IMG/VR virus record: IMGVR_UViG_3300049182_000044
Coordinates: 32,001 to 96,000 of that record
Source: a virus
Lineage: Duplodnaviria; Caudoviricetes
Strand: one strand, 5' to 3'
Length of the DNA: 64,000 nt
Made by a program: the position numbers and the translations under genes
Shown: positions 29,555 to 39,199 of the stretch, one piece after another
Numbering within the stretch: the stretch's first letter is position 1
Layout of the letters: every line of letters begins with the position of its first letter
The notes under the pieces: model-generated
Databases searched by the model: none
Seen by the model: the letters and a program-made list of their open reading frames with translations, nothing else
What the model was told of the DNA's origin: nothing

Positions 29555-30754
29555 ATGACTCTCAAGATCGCATTGAACGAGGATATCAAGAAATTCTCGT
29601 TCTCCATGGCTGCAAAAGACCTCGATGCAGCGATCTCCCGTGCAGGCAACGTGATCGCATCTGCCGGCTCTAATGTGAAGAACTTTATCCTTGCAGGCAG
29701 CGAAGGCAAGGTGCTTCTATTAGCATATAACCCCGACACCTACGTACTGATGCGCCTAAATGGCAAGTCGAAGGGTGAAGGCTCGTTCGGCTTCTCGAAC
29801 ACGACGCTCCAGGGCGTTATCAAAGGCCGTGGTGACATGGAGTTCGAGTTCAACGGTTCGGAGTTCGAGTTCAAACAAACCAAGGGCAAGTACGCCGGCA
29901 AGATTCTCACGACGCCTGTTACGTCCGATCAGATTTCGATCATCAATACCAAGTTCGCAGAGATCAAGAAGAAGTCCAAGGACAAAGAGAAGCTCAAGCT
30001 GCATGCTCCGGCGCCTTCGGTTCTCCCGCGTGATGTGCTGAACGTCCTGAAAGAAGGTGTTCGCCTCACGGGCATCAAGGATGTGTACACTGATACTGCG
30101 CTGCTGAACTACATGCAGCTGAACGAGAAGGGCATCTTGACTGTTTCAGCGTTCGACAATCATCACTTCGGCTACTACAAGTGCAAGGTGGACGCAGGCG
30201 GCATGACGTTCAAGGCAGCGCTCCCGTCGTCCCACTTCCTTATCATCGACCGCATGGTTGAGGGCACTGAAGCAACGTTCCATGTTATGAACGAGAGCAT
30301 TCGCGTCGAAGGCGAGGACTTCACTCTGATCCTCCCAGGCACTCAGGCAGACGAAAAGAGCTTCGGCCTGATCGCGTCGTACATCAAGGAACTGGACAAG
30401 GCAGACTTCGCAGCGACCTACGATAATGACAAGCTGCTTTCGGTCGTGGACAATCTGTTCACACTGCATTCGGTGAACACTTCGTTCGAGATCAGTCACA
30501 AAGCCAAGGGCACGAATTTGCGCGTTGACTTTAACACCGCAAATGGCTCGGCGAACGATGCCGTGAAGGTTGCTCCAACGGTGTCGAACGACATTAAGGC
30601 GAAGGTCGAGCCGAAGATTCTGAAGGACATCCTTGGTCTGTTCAAAGGCCAGAAGGAAGCTACATTCAGCGTCATCAAAGACAAGGTGATTCGCCTCGAC
30701 GCGAAGACCAAGTCGAATGCAACGGTCACACTCGTTAGTGCGCTGTCCAGCTAA
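29555..30754 (+). CDS. DNA sliding clamp, beta-clamp-like
   Basis: 399 aa three-domain-sized alpha/beta pattern; LTVSAFDNHHFGY resembles the clamp aTDGhRL motif; lies near the polymerase. Confidence 0.6.
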   Translation: MTLKIALNEDIKKFSFSMAAKDLDAAISRAGNVIASAGSNVKNFILAGSEGKVLLLAYNPDTYVLMRLNGKSKGEGSFGFSNTTLQGVIKGRGDMEFEFNGSEFEFKQTKGKYAGKILTTPVTSDQISIINTKFAEIKKKSKDKEKLKLHAPAPSVLPRDVLNVLKEGVRLTGIKDVYTDTALLNYMQLNEKGILTVSAFDNHHFGYYKCKVDAGGMTFKAALPSSHFLIIDRMVEGTEATFHVMNESIRVEGEDFTLILPGTQADEKSFGLIASYIKELDKADFAATYDNDKLLSVVDNLFTLHSVNTSFEISHKAKGTNLRVDFNTANGSANDAVKVAPTVSNDIKAKVEPKILKDILGLFKGQKEATFSVIKDKVIRLDAKTKSNATVTLVSALSS

Positions 30755-30756
30755 TC

Positions 30757-31377
30757 ATGAGTGGCCAACGCCGCGTACAAGGTGCCGATGGTAACCCCGT
30801 CGGCATTCATCCAGATAGCACAGGCTGGACAGAAACCTATCCGAAAGCCGTATCGGAGGGCATATCCGAGTGGGTGCAGAAATCACAAACCGGCCTAAAC
30901 GAAAACTACCCGATTATTGGCAGAGAAGCTGCCGCAAAATGGATGCACCAGATGAAAGCACAAATCGAACCCGGAAGCACGACGCTGTATTCTGAAAAGG
31001 GCCGCCTCGAAGTTGATCCTAAGACCTTCGATTGGCCGATTGACACCTCTAAGGCAGAAGTGAGCCTCAACGTATCCGTTGAAATGCTGGCCGAAGCCCC
31101 GTGCGATCATGAGCACAAGGAAGGCGAAGAACACCACCATGGCACCACCACGATCCGTTACGCAATCAGTGACGATGGTAAGCTCGTATTCGAGACAGTA
31201 CCACCCGGTGGTTCGTTTGCGGTGACATTCCCGTATTCGCATCCTGAAGAGCGCCACATGCAGCATCAAATCAATGAGCTTCGCCGCATCAATAAGGTGC
31301 GTCCGGCTATTGATCGCAGCAAGGTGAAGGCGAAGAAGAAACAAGCAGCAGCATCACGAAAGCGAAACAGGAAATGA
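30757..31377 (+). CDS. Hypothetical protein
   Basis: 206 aa ORF. Confidence 0.7.
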   Translation: MSGQRRVQGADGNPVGIHPDSTGWTETYPKAVSEGISEWVQKSQTGLNENYPIIGREAAAKWMHQMKAQIEPGSTTLYSEKGRLEVDPKTFDWPIDTSKAEVSLNVSVEMLAEAPCDHEHKEGEEHHHGTTTIRYAISDDGKLVFETVPPGGSFAVTFPYSHPEERHMQHQINELRRINKVRPAIDRSKVKAKKKQAAASRKRNRK

Positions 31378-31802
31378 GTTCACCTATTAAGTTCGATGAC
31401 AAGTTCGTGTTGCCGCATTACTCGACCAACAAGTTTATTCCACTTGGGCAACAACGCGGTAACAAAGGCATCACGCACACGTTGTTTCTAGGTAAGCAGC
31501 CGATTCATGCATCGTTCTTTGTAGGTGAACCAGTGACTATTACTGGTTACTGCTCGTATCGGCTGTTGTTCAACAATAACGAGAGCCTGCTGACAGGTGT
31601 TCTATTCCTGTCACCCAGTGCTCAAACAGTAGTGTCAGACTACACTCTTTCAGTAGGCAACAATCCCGCAGCGTTGCCTGAACACTTCGAGCCGTCCTTC
31701 ATCCTTGAGAACTCTGGCATCTTGGTATTCAAGGGTTCCGACAGCTCGATCCTCGCGATACCGAGTGAAGTGGATTCGTCGCTGCTAATCAAAACGGAGT
31801 AA
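31374..31802 (+). CDS. Hypothetical protein
   Basis: 142 aa, ATGA overlap. Confidence 0.7.
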   Translation: MSSPIKFDDKFVLPHYSTNKFIPLGQQRGNKGITHTLFLGKQPIHASFFVGEPVTITGYCSYRLLFNNNESLLTGVLFLSPSAQTVVSDYTLSVGNNPAALPEHFEPSFILENSGILVFKGSDSSILAIPSEVDSSLLIKTE

Positions 31803-31805
31803 CAA

Positions 31806-32345
31806 ATGGCAGTTAGTCGAGACGTAGAATCGGTAGTGAAGGCAATGAAACGCGACAAGCGCTACAAACGCTTGAAAGAGGCGTTCGATACATTGCCCAT
31901 CTATCAACTCAAGATCGGGGCGTTGAACGATGAGCTGGCGAATTTGCACAAGATTCGTGAGATCAGACGGTTGAACGTCGCCGATCCTGCCTTCGTTGAT
32001 GCACTCATTAAGGCCAACCTTCAGGAGATGTCTACTCGCGGTCGTGCGAGTGAGATCATGATGGAGTGTGTGCGCGTAGTGAGTAAGCTCGGGCGTGCTG
32101 TCAAGTCATTGCAGGAGCACTTCCTGATCACCTATCAAAGCGATCTCCGTTCGTTCCGCACAAAGGAAGAACGTTTGCAGATCGTCGGTATGGTGTTGAG
32201 ACCGTTCGAGAAGTACATTAGTGACGCAGAGGCGTTGAAGGAAGTGGCTCAGTTGATCGTCACAGACATCGACAAGGACAACTTCACGATGGACAAGATT
32301 CTGCGCGCCCTTGAAATGCACGTTGCAAAGGAGAGGAAGATATGA
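31806..32345 (+). CDS. Hypothetical helical protein
   Basis: 179 aa, GGAG RBS. Confidence 0.7.
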   Translation: MAVSRDVESVVKAMKRDKRYKRLKEAFDTLPIYQLKIGALNDELANLHKIREIRRLNVADPAFVDALIKANLQEMSTRGRASEIMMECVRVVSKLGRAVKSLQEHFLITYQSDLRSFRTKEERLQIVGMVLRPFEKYISDAEALKEVAQLIVTDIDKDNFTMDKILRALEMHVAKERKI

Positions 32346-33019
32346 ACAATGAAGACAAGGCAGGCATACTCGGTAGTGCATACGGCACTGCACGGCACGG
32401 TGATGTACCTGGCCCGAAAGGTGAGAGAACATCTTGTTGCGATGCAGGACACCTTAAAGGTCCTGGGGTACCTGTGCGTGAAGGAAGCATGAATCCTGAC
32501 ACGCTGTCCATTCCTCCGTTGGCCGACCTGAACTTGGTGCGTTACACCGCCAACCCTCAGACGGACTTTGAGCGTTTGGTGAATACCGTTCTGGAAGCGG
32601 GCTTCGCTCGCGGGGTGATTGGCCCGTACACCGAAGGCCAGACGATCCCGATGGCCTCCGTGCTGTTCCTCGTCAGGATCTTGACACACGTTCCCAAGCA
32701 GCAGCGTGACCCTGCTATCCCGGTCGAGATTCCGAACTATCGCTTCGTGTTCAATGACTGGCGTCCTGATCGCTGCAGCCTGTACGGCCCGCACGGCCCG
32801 ATCACCAGCGGCTTGACCATGCACCAGGCTCGTGACTTGCGCTGCCATTTCATGCAAGAAGCGGATCGTATGCGTAACAGCGCCTATTCACTGACCCGTT
32901 ATTCGTGCTTCGAGCATGAGGACGGCGTGTACGAAAGGCGTGATGGCAGCTACGTCCTGTTCAAGGATGTTCTCGCCATGTTCGACTCCCCAACAGTTAC
33001 TGAAGAGAAATCGCAATGA
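32342..33019 (+). CDS. Hypothetical protein
   Basis: 225 aa, GGAGAGG RBS. Confidence 0.65.
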   Translation: MNNEDKAGILGSAYGTARHGDVPGPKGERTSCCDAGHLKGPGVPVREGSMNPDTLSIPPLADLNLVRYTANPQTDFERLVNTVLEAGFARGVIGPYTEGQTIPMASVLFLVRILTHVPKQQRDPAIPVEIPNYRFVFNDWRPDRCSLYGPHGPITSGLTMHQARDLRCHFMQEADRMRNSAYSLTRYSCFEHEDGVYERRDGSYVLFKDVLAMFDSPTVTEEKSQ

Positions 33020-33333
33020 AGCTCAACATTCCCCTGAACTCACCGATGCAGTCCAATTCTGGACATTCCGGCGAAGGTCAAATGTCCTATGCTCAATGGC
33101 AGGATAAGATGGAGAAGACTCAGTCGTTCGCCAAGTTCGAGCGAGTTGACTCCAACACGGTAGCTGCATACGACAAGGATGGGAACGTCCTCGACACGTA
33201 CACTAACCACGTTGCGAATCGTGGTGCGACGATGCAGCCGGTCGATACCCTGGACAGCAAACAAGCGAGCTTCCCGTCCGACAAGACGGAGAACGACATT
33301 GATGCTCCAACTGATCTCGAAGAGGGTGCATGA
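33016..33333 (+). CDS. Hypothetical protein
   Basis: 105 aa, ATGA overlap. Confidence 0.65.
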   Translation: MKLNIPLNSPMQSNSGHSGEGQMSYAQWQDKMEKTQSFAKFERVDSNTVAAYDKDGNVLDTYTNHVANRGATMQPVDTLDSKQASFPSDKTENDIDAPTDLEEGA

Positions 33334-33758
33334 TGCTTACCCTGATTGCCTATAAGCCAGATGGTTCCTGCATAAGCATGGGACACGTAGTTGAGAACTA
33401 CAGCTCTGAGTTCGAGCTTCATCATTGCGAAACCGTCGAGAAGCTCGCCCAGCACTACGTGCGGATCGAAGCTCACAAGCCGGACGTTCAAGAGCCTCCG
33501 TACGAGATTCACGTTCTCGTTTCCGGCGTACCGCTCGAACGTCAAAGTGATACGATGCGTATCAGCATTAACCGAGCAATAGAGTCTGCCCGCGAAGTGT
33601 TTTTGGCAGAGCAGAAACGCAAGGATGAAGAGGCCACTGCTCAAGCTGAAGCAGCCGCGAAAGCGCTCGCCGAAACACAGCGTCAACGCGAACTCGATCA
33701 GTTCTTCGCACAGGGTAAGAAGCTCGGCTACAACGTTGTGCCCTCTCAGGACTGCTGA
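33330..33758 (+). CDS. Hypothetical protein
   Basis: 142 aa, ATGA overlap. Confidence 0.65.
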   Translation: MMLTLIAYKPDGSCISMGHVVENYSSEFELHHCETVEKLAQHYVRIEAHKPDVQEPPYEIHVLVSGVPLERQSDTMRISINRAIESAREVFLAEQKRKDEEATAQAEAAAKALAETQRQRELDQFFAQGKKLGYNVVPSQDC

Positions 33759-33759
33759 C

Positions 33760-33990
33760 ATGTCCCATTACCTATACGATGTGAAGCTCGGTAAAGAGAA
33801 GTTGCCCCGTGTGCAAAGCTCTTCACCGATTCAGGTAGGACACCGTCTGAAGATTAACTTCCGGGGTAAAAGGCTTCACACGTATGAGGTCATTTCTATT
33901 GAACATATCTTTGAACGTGAACCCGCACTGAACAGCGAGCATGTGTTCAATCGACCCTGCGGCGTCGTCCTGAAAGTTAAGGAAGTCTAA
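33760..33990 (+). CDS. Hypothetical protein
   Basis: Start MSHYLYDV immediately after upstream stop; 76 aa. Confidence 0.6.
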   Translation: MSHYLYDVKLGKEKLPRVQSSSPIQVGHRLKINFRGKRLHTYEVISIEHIFEREPALNSEHVFNRPCGVVLKVKEV

Positions 33991-33991
33991 C

Positions 33992-34516
33992 ATGGCACAA
34001 TTTCTCGGTAATTGCGAGTTCAGGAAAATCGACCTTTCGGAACGCCTCGCAATACCTCCTTTCCCAAACAAGTTTCCCACGCATCATCGCCTGTCGAAGG
34101 CCGTGCGTCGCATTAAGCTCGGTGCGCGCAAGAACCCGAGTGCAATCTACCGCACCACGTTCATGGTATTTGTCGCCGACGATAAGTTTGGAATATGTAA
34201 ATTGACGATTGTGCATGGCCGTCATGCGCGTCGCAATTCTCGTAACGGCAAGATGCACCTGGACTTCCATACCGACTATCCAAAACATCAAGTGATCGTG
34301 TTCGCCATGACTGACACTGGTTCGTACAGCACGGAAAAGCTGAATGAACTGTTCGACGAAACACATGCTCATCTGTGCCAAGGTCTCGACAACATCTCGT
34401 TTGGCTGGGTGCCGCCCTCTGGAACGAATCGAGGCAATGTACGCCAGACGTTCAACGTGTTTCCCCAGGAGCCGGGCATGACACCGATCAATACCGTAGA
34501 AGAAAGCAAAACATGA
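33992..34516 (+). CDS. Hypothetical protein
   Basis: 174 aa ORF. Confidence 0.65.
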   Translation: MAQFLGNCEFRKIDLSERLAIPPFPNKFPTHHRLSKAVRRIKLGARKNPSAIYRTTFMVFVADDKFGICKLTIVHGRHARRNSRNGKMHLDFHTDYPKHQVIVFAMTDTGSYSTEKLNELFDETHAHLCQGLDNISFGWVPPSGTNRGNVRQTFNVFPQEPGMTPINTVEESKT

Positions 34517-35904
34517 ATGTAACAGTTATTGGGACAGGCTATGTCGGACTTGTGACCGGCACCTGTCTGGCTGAATTGGGGAACAATGTCGTATGTCTCG
34601 ACGTTGACGCAGACAAGATCGCCATGCTCAAGAACGGTGAATGCCCGATCTACGAGCCGGGTCTGAAAGAAATGATCCAGCGTAACGTCGCGGCTCGCCG
34701 TTTGCAGTTCACTACAGATGTGGCCTTCTCCGTAGATCATGGACTGTTCCAGTTCATTGCAGTAGGTACGCCTCCTGCCACTGACGGTTCGGCTGATTTG
34801 CAGTACGTCTATGCAGCGGCTCGTAACATCGCCGTTCATGCGCGTGGCATGAAGATCATCGTCAATAAGTCTACGGTGCCTGTCGGCACGGGTGACGAGG
34901 TCGAGCGAATCATTATAAGTGCTCAACGCGAAGAGCGTATGGGTACTAACTGGATCGTCGTTTCCAATCCAGAGTTCCTGAAAGAGGGAGCTGCGATTGA
35001 AGACTTCATGCGGCCTGATCGTATCGTGATCGGCATGAATCAGATGGCGGATGCCTACATCAACACCGCAACTCGTGAGGCGTTGACTCGTCTCTATGCT
35101 CCGTTGAATCGCAACCACCAACGTACCATCTGGATGGGTCGTCGTGCAGCAGAACTCACCAAGTATGCTGCGAACGCTATGCTTGCGACACGCATTTCGT
35201 TTATGAACGAACTGGCTTGCCTTGCGGAGAAAGTGCATGTTGATATTGACGATGTACGGCGTGGCATCGGCAGTGACACTCGCATCGGTTACGACTTCCT
35301 GTATGCGGGTCTCGGCTACGGTGGCTCGTGCTTTCCCAAGGACGTTCGTGCCCTGAGCGAAACCGGAATGCAGAACGACTGCCAGATGCACATCCTCGAT
35401 TCCGTCCACTACGTCAATCAGAACCAGCGCATCAACATGCTGAAGAAGATCGACGAGCGCTTTAATCACGACCTTGGCGGCAAGACGATTGCAGTATGGG
35501 GCTTGTCATTCAAGCCAAATACCGACGATATGCGCGAGGCACCTTCGCTCGACATTATCAAGCGTCTGATCCATACCGGAGTTACCGTCAACATCTATGA
35601 CCCGGTTGCTCAACACGTTGCGTACAAAGAGCTTGAAGCGCTTTGTGAAGAAGGTGGTATGGACATCGGCATGGTGAACCGCTGTGTCAGCATGCTCGAC
35701 GCCGTTGCGGGTGCAGACGCCCTTCTCATTTGCACTGAATGGAAGGAGTTTAAGACACCTTCTTTCCACGAAATGGCTCGTCTGATGAAACACAAGATCA
35801 TTTTCGACGGTCGCAATCTCTACAATCTCGAACAGATGGAAGAGCATGGATTCGAGTACTACGGTGTAGGTCGTTCAGCTGGAGCTTATCGTGCTAAGAA
35901 CTGA
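34513..35904 (+). CDS. ugd: UDP-glucose/GDP-mannose 6-dehydrogenase
   Basis: MNVTVIGTGYVGL Rossmann start; KSTVPVGT; NPEFLKEG; catalytic GGSCFPKD; WGLSFKPNTDDMREAPS. Confidence 0.95.
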   Translation: MNVTVIGTGYVGLVTGTCLAELGNNVVCLDVDADKIAMLKNGECPIYEPGLKEMIQRNVAARRLQFTTDVAFSVDHGLFQFIAVGTPPATDGSADLQYVYAAARNIAVHARGMKIIVNKSTVPVGTGDEVERIIISAQREERMGTNWIVVSNPEFLKEGAAIEDFMRPDRIVIGMNQMADAYINTATREALTRLYAPLNRNHQRTIWMGRRAAELTKYAANAMLATRISFMNELACLAEKVHVDIDDVRRGIGSDTRIGYDFLYAGLGYGGSCFPKDVRALSETGMQNDCQMHILDSVHYVNQNQRINMLKKIDERFNHDLGGKTIAVWGLSFKPNTDDMREAPSLDIIKRLIHTGVTVNIYDPVAQHVAYKELEALCEEGGMDIGMVNRCVSMLDAVAGADALLICTEWKEFKTPSFHEMARLMKHKIIFDGRNLYNLEQMEEHGFEYYGVGRSAGAYRAKN

Positions 35905-36097
35905 TCCGAGCGAAGAGCATAGCAATCCTCATCTTGCAGCACGCGCAAAAGCTATCCGTGAGCAACTGGAAGGAATGGTCAAACCGTGCTGTGAGACACC
36001 GTTGCCCAGCGTATGCGACAGACTGGCTTCTGGCGACGCGAAGATCGTTCCCGGCCCTTTCGGCGGTATGAGCATTGTGCCTAACGACGAGAGGTGA
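35891..36097 (+). CDS. Small hypothetical protein
   Basis: 68 aa ORF filling gap. Confidence 0.45.
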   Translation: MLRTDPSEEHSNPHLAARAKAIREQLEGMVKPCCETPLPSVCDRLASGDAKIVPGPFGGMSIVPNDER

Positions 36098-36100
36098 CCT

Positions 36101-36421
36101 ATGAACAAGATAACGCATAAGGCTTTGCAATTCGGCAACTGCGACATTACGACCATAGTTCAGGAGAAGGAAACTCCTCTGTGCTATGTTCGTGCACCGT
36201 TGCGAGTAGTGCACGGTGACCCTAAGGCTTTGACTTCCGAGTTTCGAGGCCTCGAAGCTGGTGAAGCTGCGATCCTCGTAAAGGTGTGGCTGAATTTTCA
36301 TGGCTGGTGGTGCCGTGTGCGACGTACTAATGGACAGTTCGTCGATGTACGCGACACTGATTTGAACTGGATTCCAAAAGAAGAGTACGAAAATGAACAG
36401 AAGAAAACTAGCGGCGTATAG
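36101..36421 (+). CDS. Hypothetical protein
   Basis: 106 aa, GAGGTG RBS. Confidence 0.65.
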   Translation: MNKITHKALQFGNCDITTIVQEKETPLCYVRAPLRVVHGDPKALTSEFRGLEAGEAAILVKVWLNFHGWWCRVRRTNGQFVDVRDTDLNWIPKEEYENEQKKTSGV

Positions 36422-36692
36422 CATGCTTGTACTTATTGCGCTTGTTATGGCGTCGTGTGTTGCCTCATTCGCCTATGCGAAAGGCGGTGGTGCGCGAGGT
36501 GGAAGTTTCCGTGGGAGCTTCCGCAATTCTCCGAAACCTCCTGCAGCCCCATCGAACGCTCGTCAAGCCTCAGACTCTAGCTCTACTACGTCCTCAAGTA
36601 ACAGCTCGTGGTGGCCAAACTTTTTCTTTTTCGGTAACAGCCGGCGTACCGAGTGTACCGAGGACATTAAACGTGAAGGAGGTTGTCGATGA
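36393..36692 (+). CDS. Secreted/membrane protein with Gly/Arg-rich and Ser-rich segments
   Basis: Signal-peptide-like N-terminus then AKGGGARGGSFRGSFR. Confidence 0.6.
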   Translation: MNRRKLAAYSMLVLIALVMASCVASFAYAKGGGARGGSFRGSFRNSPKPPAAPSNARQASDSSSTTSSSNSSWWPNFFFFGNSRRTECTEDIKREGGCR

Positions 36693-36841
36693 AACGGAAC
36701 AAGGGTTTTACGCTGGTCGAGTTGATGATTGTGATCGCAATTATCTTCATTCTCGCGACAGCTGTTAAGAACATGTTCTTTGCAGAGGGCGGATCAGTGC
36801 AGGACCTCCTGCGCGGTGAAACGTGTATCAATTGCAATTGA
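36689..36841 (+). CDS. 50-aa type IV pilin-like peptide (prepilin N-methylation motif)
   Basis: Hand translation MKRNKG/FTLVELMIVIAIIFILATAVKNMFFAEGGSVQDLLRGETCINCN*; AAGGAGG RBS; terminator follows. Confidence 0.85.
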   Translation: MKRNKGFTLVELMIVIAIIFILATAVKNMFFAEGGSVQDLLRGETCINCN

Positions 36842-36849
36842 TAATTCAG

Positions 36850-36884
36850 AAGGGTCATGTGCTTTCGAGTGCATGACCCTTTTG
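36850..36884 (+). terminator. Terminator with TTCG loop
   Basis: aagggtcatgtgct-ttcg-agtgcatgaccctt then TT. Confidence 0.8.
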
Positions 36885-36890
36885 TCGTCT

Positions 36891-36908
36891 AATACTGTAA
36901 AAAGACGG
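36891..36908 (+). promoter_or_regulatory. Putative phage promoter element (TGTAAA family)
   Basis: Identical to 10808-10825; lies between a terminator and the helicase start. Confidence 0.6.
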
Positions 36909-36926
36909 ATATAGATTGAGGTCATC

Positions 36927-38585
36927 ATGTCCAAAAGCAACACCGTAATCATCCGGGATCGAGTGTATATTCCCCTCAGACTGGTCAATCCGTCCGAAGT
37001 AAAGGAGAACTACACAAAGCTCATGTACGACGATAAAGCGTGCATGAAATGCCCTAATTTTCAGGACCGCCACAGCTATCTGTGCGATACATGCGAGGCC
37101 TACAAAGGTAAGGTCAAGCTGTATAACGTCAAGGAAAAGAACGGCATCAACTACATCGGCATACCAGTCGGCGACAAGAAGAATTTCGAGCGTAAGACCG
37201 GCCTGCTCAAGGAAGAGGTCAAGTTCAAAGACCTTCGCAGACGCCAGCCGTTCACCGTTAAGTTCAAGATGATTATCGACCCACGGGATTATCAACAGCC
37301 CGTGATTGACGACTTCCTGAAAAAGAAGTACGGCCTTATCAAAGCGCCTCCGCGCACTGGTAAGACCTTCATGATGCTCTACATTGCCTACAAGTTGGGT
37401 CATCGCGCAGTGCTTTTGGCTAACCAGCACGAGTTCCTTACTCAGTTCTTGGATCACATCCATGGTAACGAGAAGGAAGGCATTCCGAAGTGTACCAATC
37501 TCCCCGAAGTCGAAAAGAAGCTGAAGAGGAAGCTGTACGGATTCCCTAAGACTGACGAAGACTTCAAGAACTTTCAGTTCTTCGTGATGACGTATCAGCA
37601 GTTCATTAGTGAGAAGAACGGCAAGAACCGTTTCAAGAAGATCGCTAAGAACGTGGGTACGTTGATGATCGACGAAGTGCACAAAGCCAACTCAGATGAG
37701 TTTGCAAAGGTCATTGCTAAGTTCCCAACGCTGTATAAGTTTGGTGTTACGGGTACCGTTGAGCGTAAGGACAAGCGCCACTTCATCATCAAGAACTTGA
37801 TCGGCCCGGTCGTTGCACAGACTGATCGTGAGGCGTTGACACCCACTGTCATACTGCACAAGACAGAGTTTAGCACGACACGTAAGTACACGGGCAAGCG
37901 TGCTTGGGTGTTTGCGATGCAGGCACTCGCTAAGGACAAGAAGCGCAATCGAATGATCGTTGACTGGGTGATGAAGGACTTGGCTAATGGCCACAACATC
38001 GTCATTCCGGTAACGTTCAAGAAACATGCGCTTGATCTTCAAGCTGCGATCAACAAAGAGTGGCAAGAACGTAAGAACACTAACAAGAAGATTTGCGCGG
38101 TGTTCACAGGTGGTGGCGGCAAGAAGAACAAGGAAGCGCGTAAGGACATTCTCTCCGAAGTCAAGGCCAACAAGATTCGAGTGACAGTGGGTATTCGTTC
38201 GATGCTGCAATTGGGCTTGAACGTGCCTGCATGGTCTGCGATCTATACTGCTATGCCGATCTCGAACGAGCCGAATTATAGGCAAGAGACGAAGCGTATT
38301 TGCACACCGATGGAGAACAAGCGTGAGCCAATCGTGCGCCTGTTCGTTGATATGGATCTCGGCCAGTCCATCGGCTGTGCGCGTAACTGCATCCGTCACA
38401 TGCAGGGTTTCGGTTACAGCTTCAAAAAGAATGAGAAGCAGTCGGCCTTGATGTACGAAGTCCTGGGCAATCAGCACCGTGACGAAGGTGAATACGGTGC
38501 CAATCCAGATGATGCTATGTTCAAGCCAACTAAATCGTTGTTTGATAAAGAGCAGCCGAAGCGCATTCCAGTAAAACGACTATGA
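36927..38585 (+). CDS. SF2 DNA helicase (UvsW/XPB-like)
   Basis: KAPPRTGKT, MIDEVHK, VTGTVERKD, LQLGLNVP; N-terminal CxxC pairs. Confidence 0.88.
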   Translation: MSKSNTVIIRDRVYIPLRLVNPSEVKENYTKLMYDDKACMKCPNFQDRHSYLCDTCEAYKGKVKLYNVKEKNGINYIGIPVGDKKNFERKTGLLKEEVKFKDLRRRQPFTVKFKMIIDPRDYQQPVIDDFLKKKYGLIKAPPRTGKTFMMLYIAYKLGHRAVLLANQHEFLTQFLDHIHGNEKEGIPKCTNLPEVEKKLKRKLYGFPKTDEDFKNFQFFVMTYQQFISEKNGKNRFKKIAKNVGTLMIDEVHKANSDEFAKVIAKFPTLYKFGVTGTVERKDKRHFIIKNLIGPVVAQTDREALTPTVILHKTEFSTTRKYTGKRAWVFAMQALAKDKKRNRMIVDWVMKDLANGHNIVIPVTFKKHALDLQAAINKEWQERKNTNKKICAVFTGGGGKKNKEARKDILSEVKANKIRVTVGIRSMLQLGLNVPAWSAIYTAMPISNEPNYRQETKRICTPMENKREPIVRLFVDMDLGQSIGCARNCIRHMQGFGYSFKKNEKQSALMYEVLGNQHRDEGEYGANPDDAMFKPTKSLFDKEQPKRIPVKRL

Positions 38586-38601
38586 GTACAGGGAGTAGGA
38601 A

Positions 38602-38988
38602 GTGAGCAATATTGACAAAGTAGACGAAGACGCAATGCCAGACATGTTCCCGCAAGATGGTTTTACCTTGCTGGGTATGAGCCTCGATCACCGTTGCATC
38701 ATGAGCGCGTCGTTGATCCGCAATCGCAAAGAAGGAACGTTGCTCGACGTTAACTACGCGATCACGAAAGACAACGTGGACATGCTGACCGCTGACCTCG
38801 ACAACTTCACTACTGACGAGGCTTACCTCACGCTGTACGATGACGACGAACGCCCTCGAAGCGTTATCACTCTGACGGATCTTCAACTTGATCACCTGGA
38901 ACTCGTCACCGACGAGGACAGCGATGAAGAGCCGATGTATGCGATCCTCTCCTATCGTGTCGGATCGATTTCTCAACAAAAGAAATAA
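38602..38988 (+). CDS. Acidic hypothetical protein
   Basis: 128 aa, GTG start with AGGA RBS. Confidence 0.65.
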   Translation: MSNIDKVDEDAMPDMFPQDGFTLLGMSLDHRCIMSASLIRNRKEGTLLDVNYAITKDNVDMLTADLDNFTTDEAYLTLYDDDERPRSVITLTDLQLDHLELVTDEDSDEEPMYAILSYRVGSISQQKK

Positions 38989-38989
38989 C

Positions 38990-39160
38990 ATGGACGCAGA
39001 AGACTTCAGCTATCACAGCCTCGCACTTCCGACAGAGGACTCGAACGAGACTCACTGTGAGAAATGTGACCAGACATTCAATCTGGTGCATACCCCTCTT
39101 AGTGAGATCAAGAATCTCTACTGCGTTCCGAGGCGGCTCGGATCGAAGCCCTCGAGATAA
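38990..39160 (+). CDS. Small hypothetical protein with CxxC
   Basis: Start MDAEDF; 56 aa. Confidence 0.5.
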   Translation: MDAEDFSYHSLALPTEDSNETHCEKCDQTFNLVHTPLSEIKNLYCVPRRLGSKPSR

Positions 39161-39199
39161 TGTAAAGATCATGCATACAAGAACACAATAGGGTTGAAC

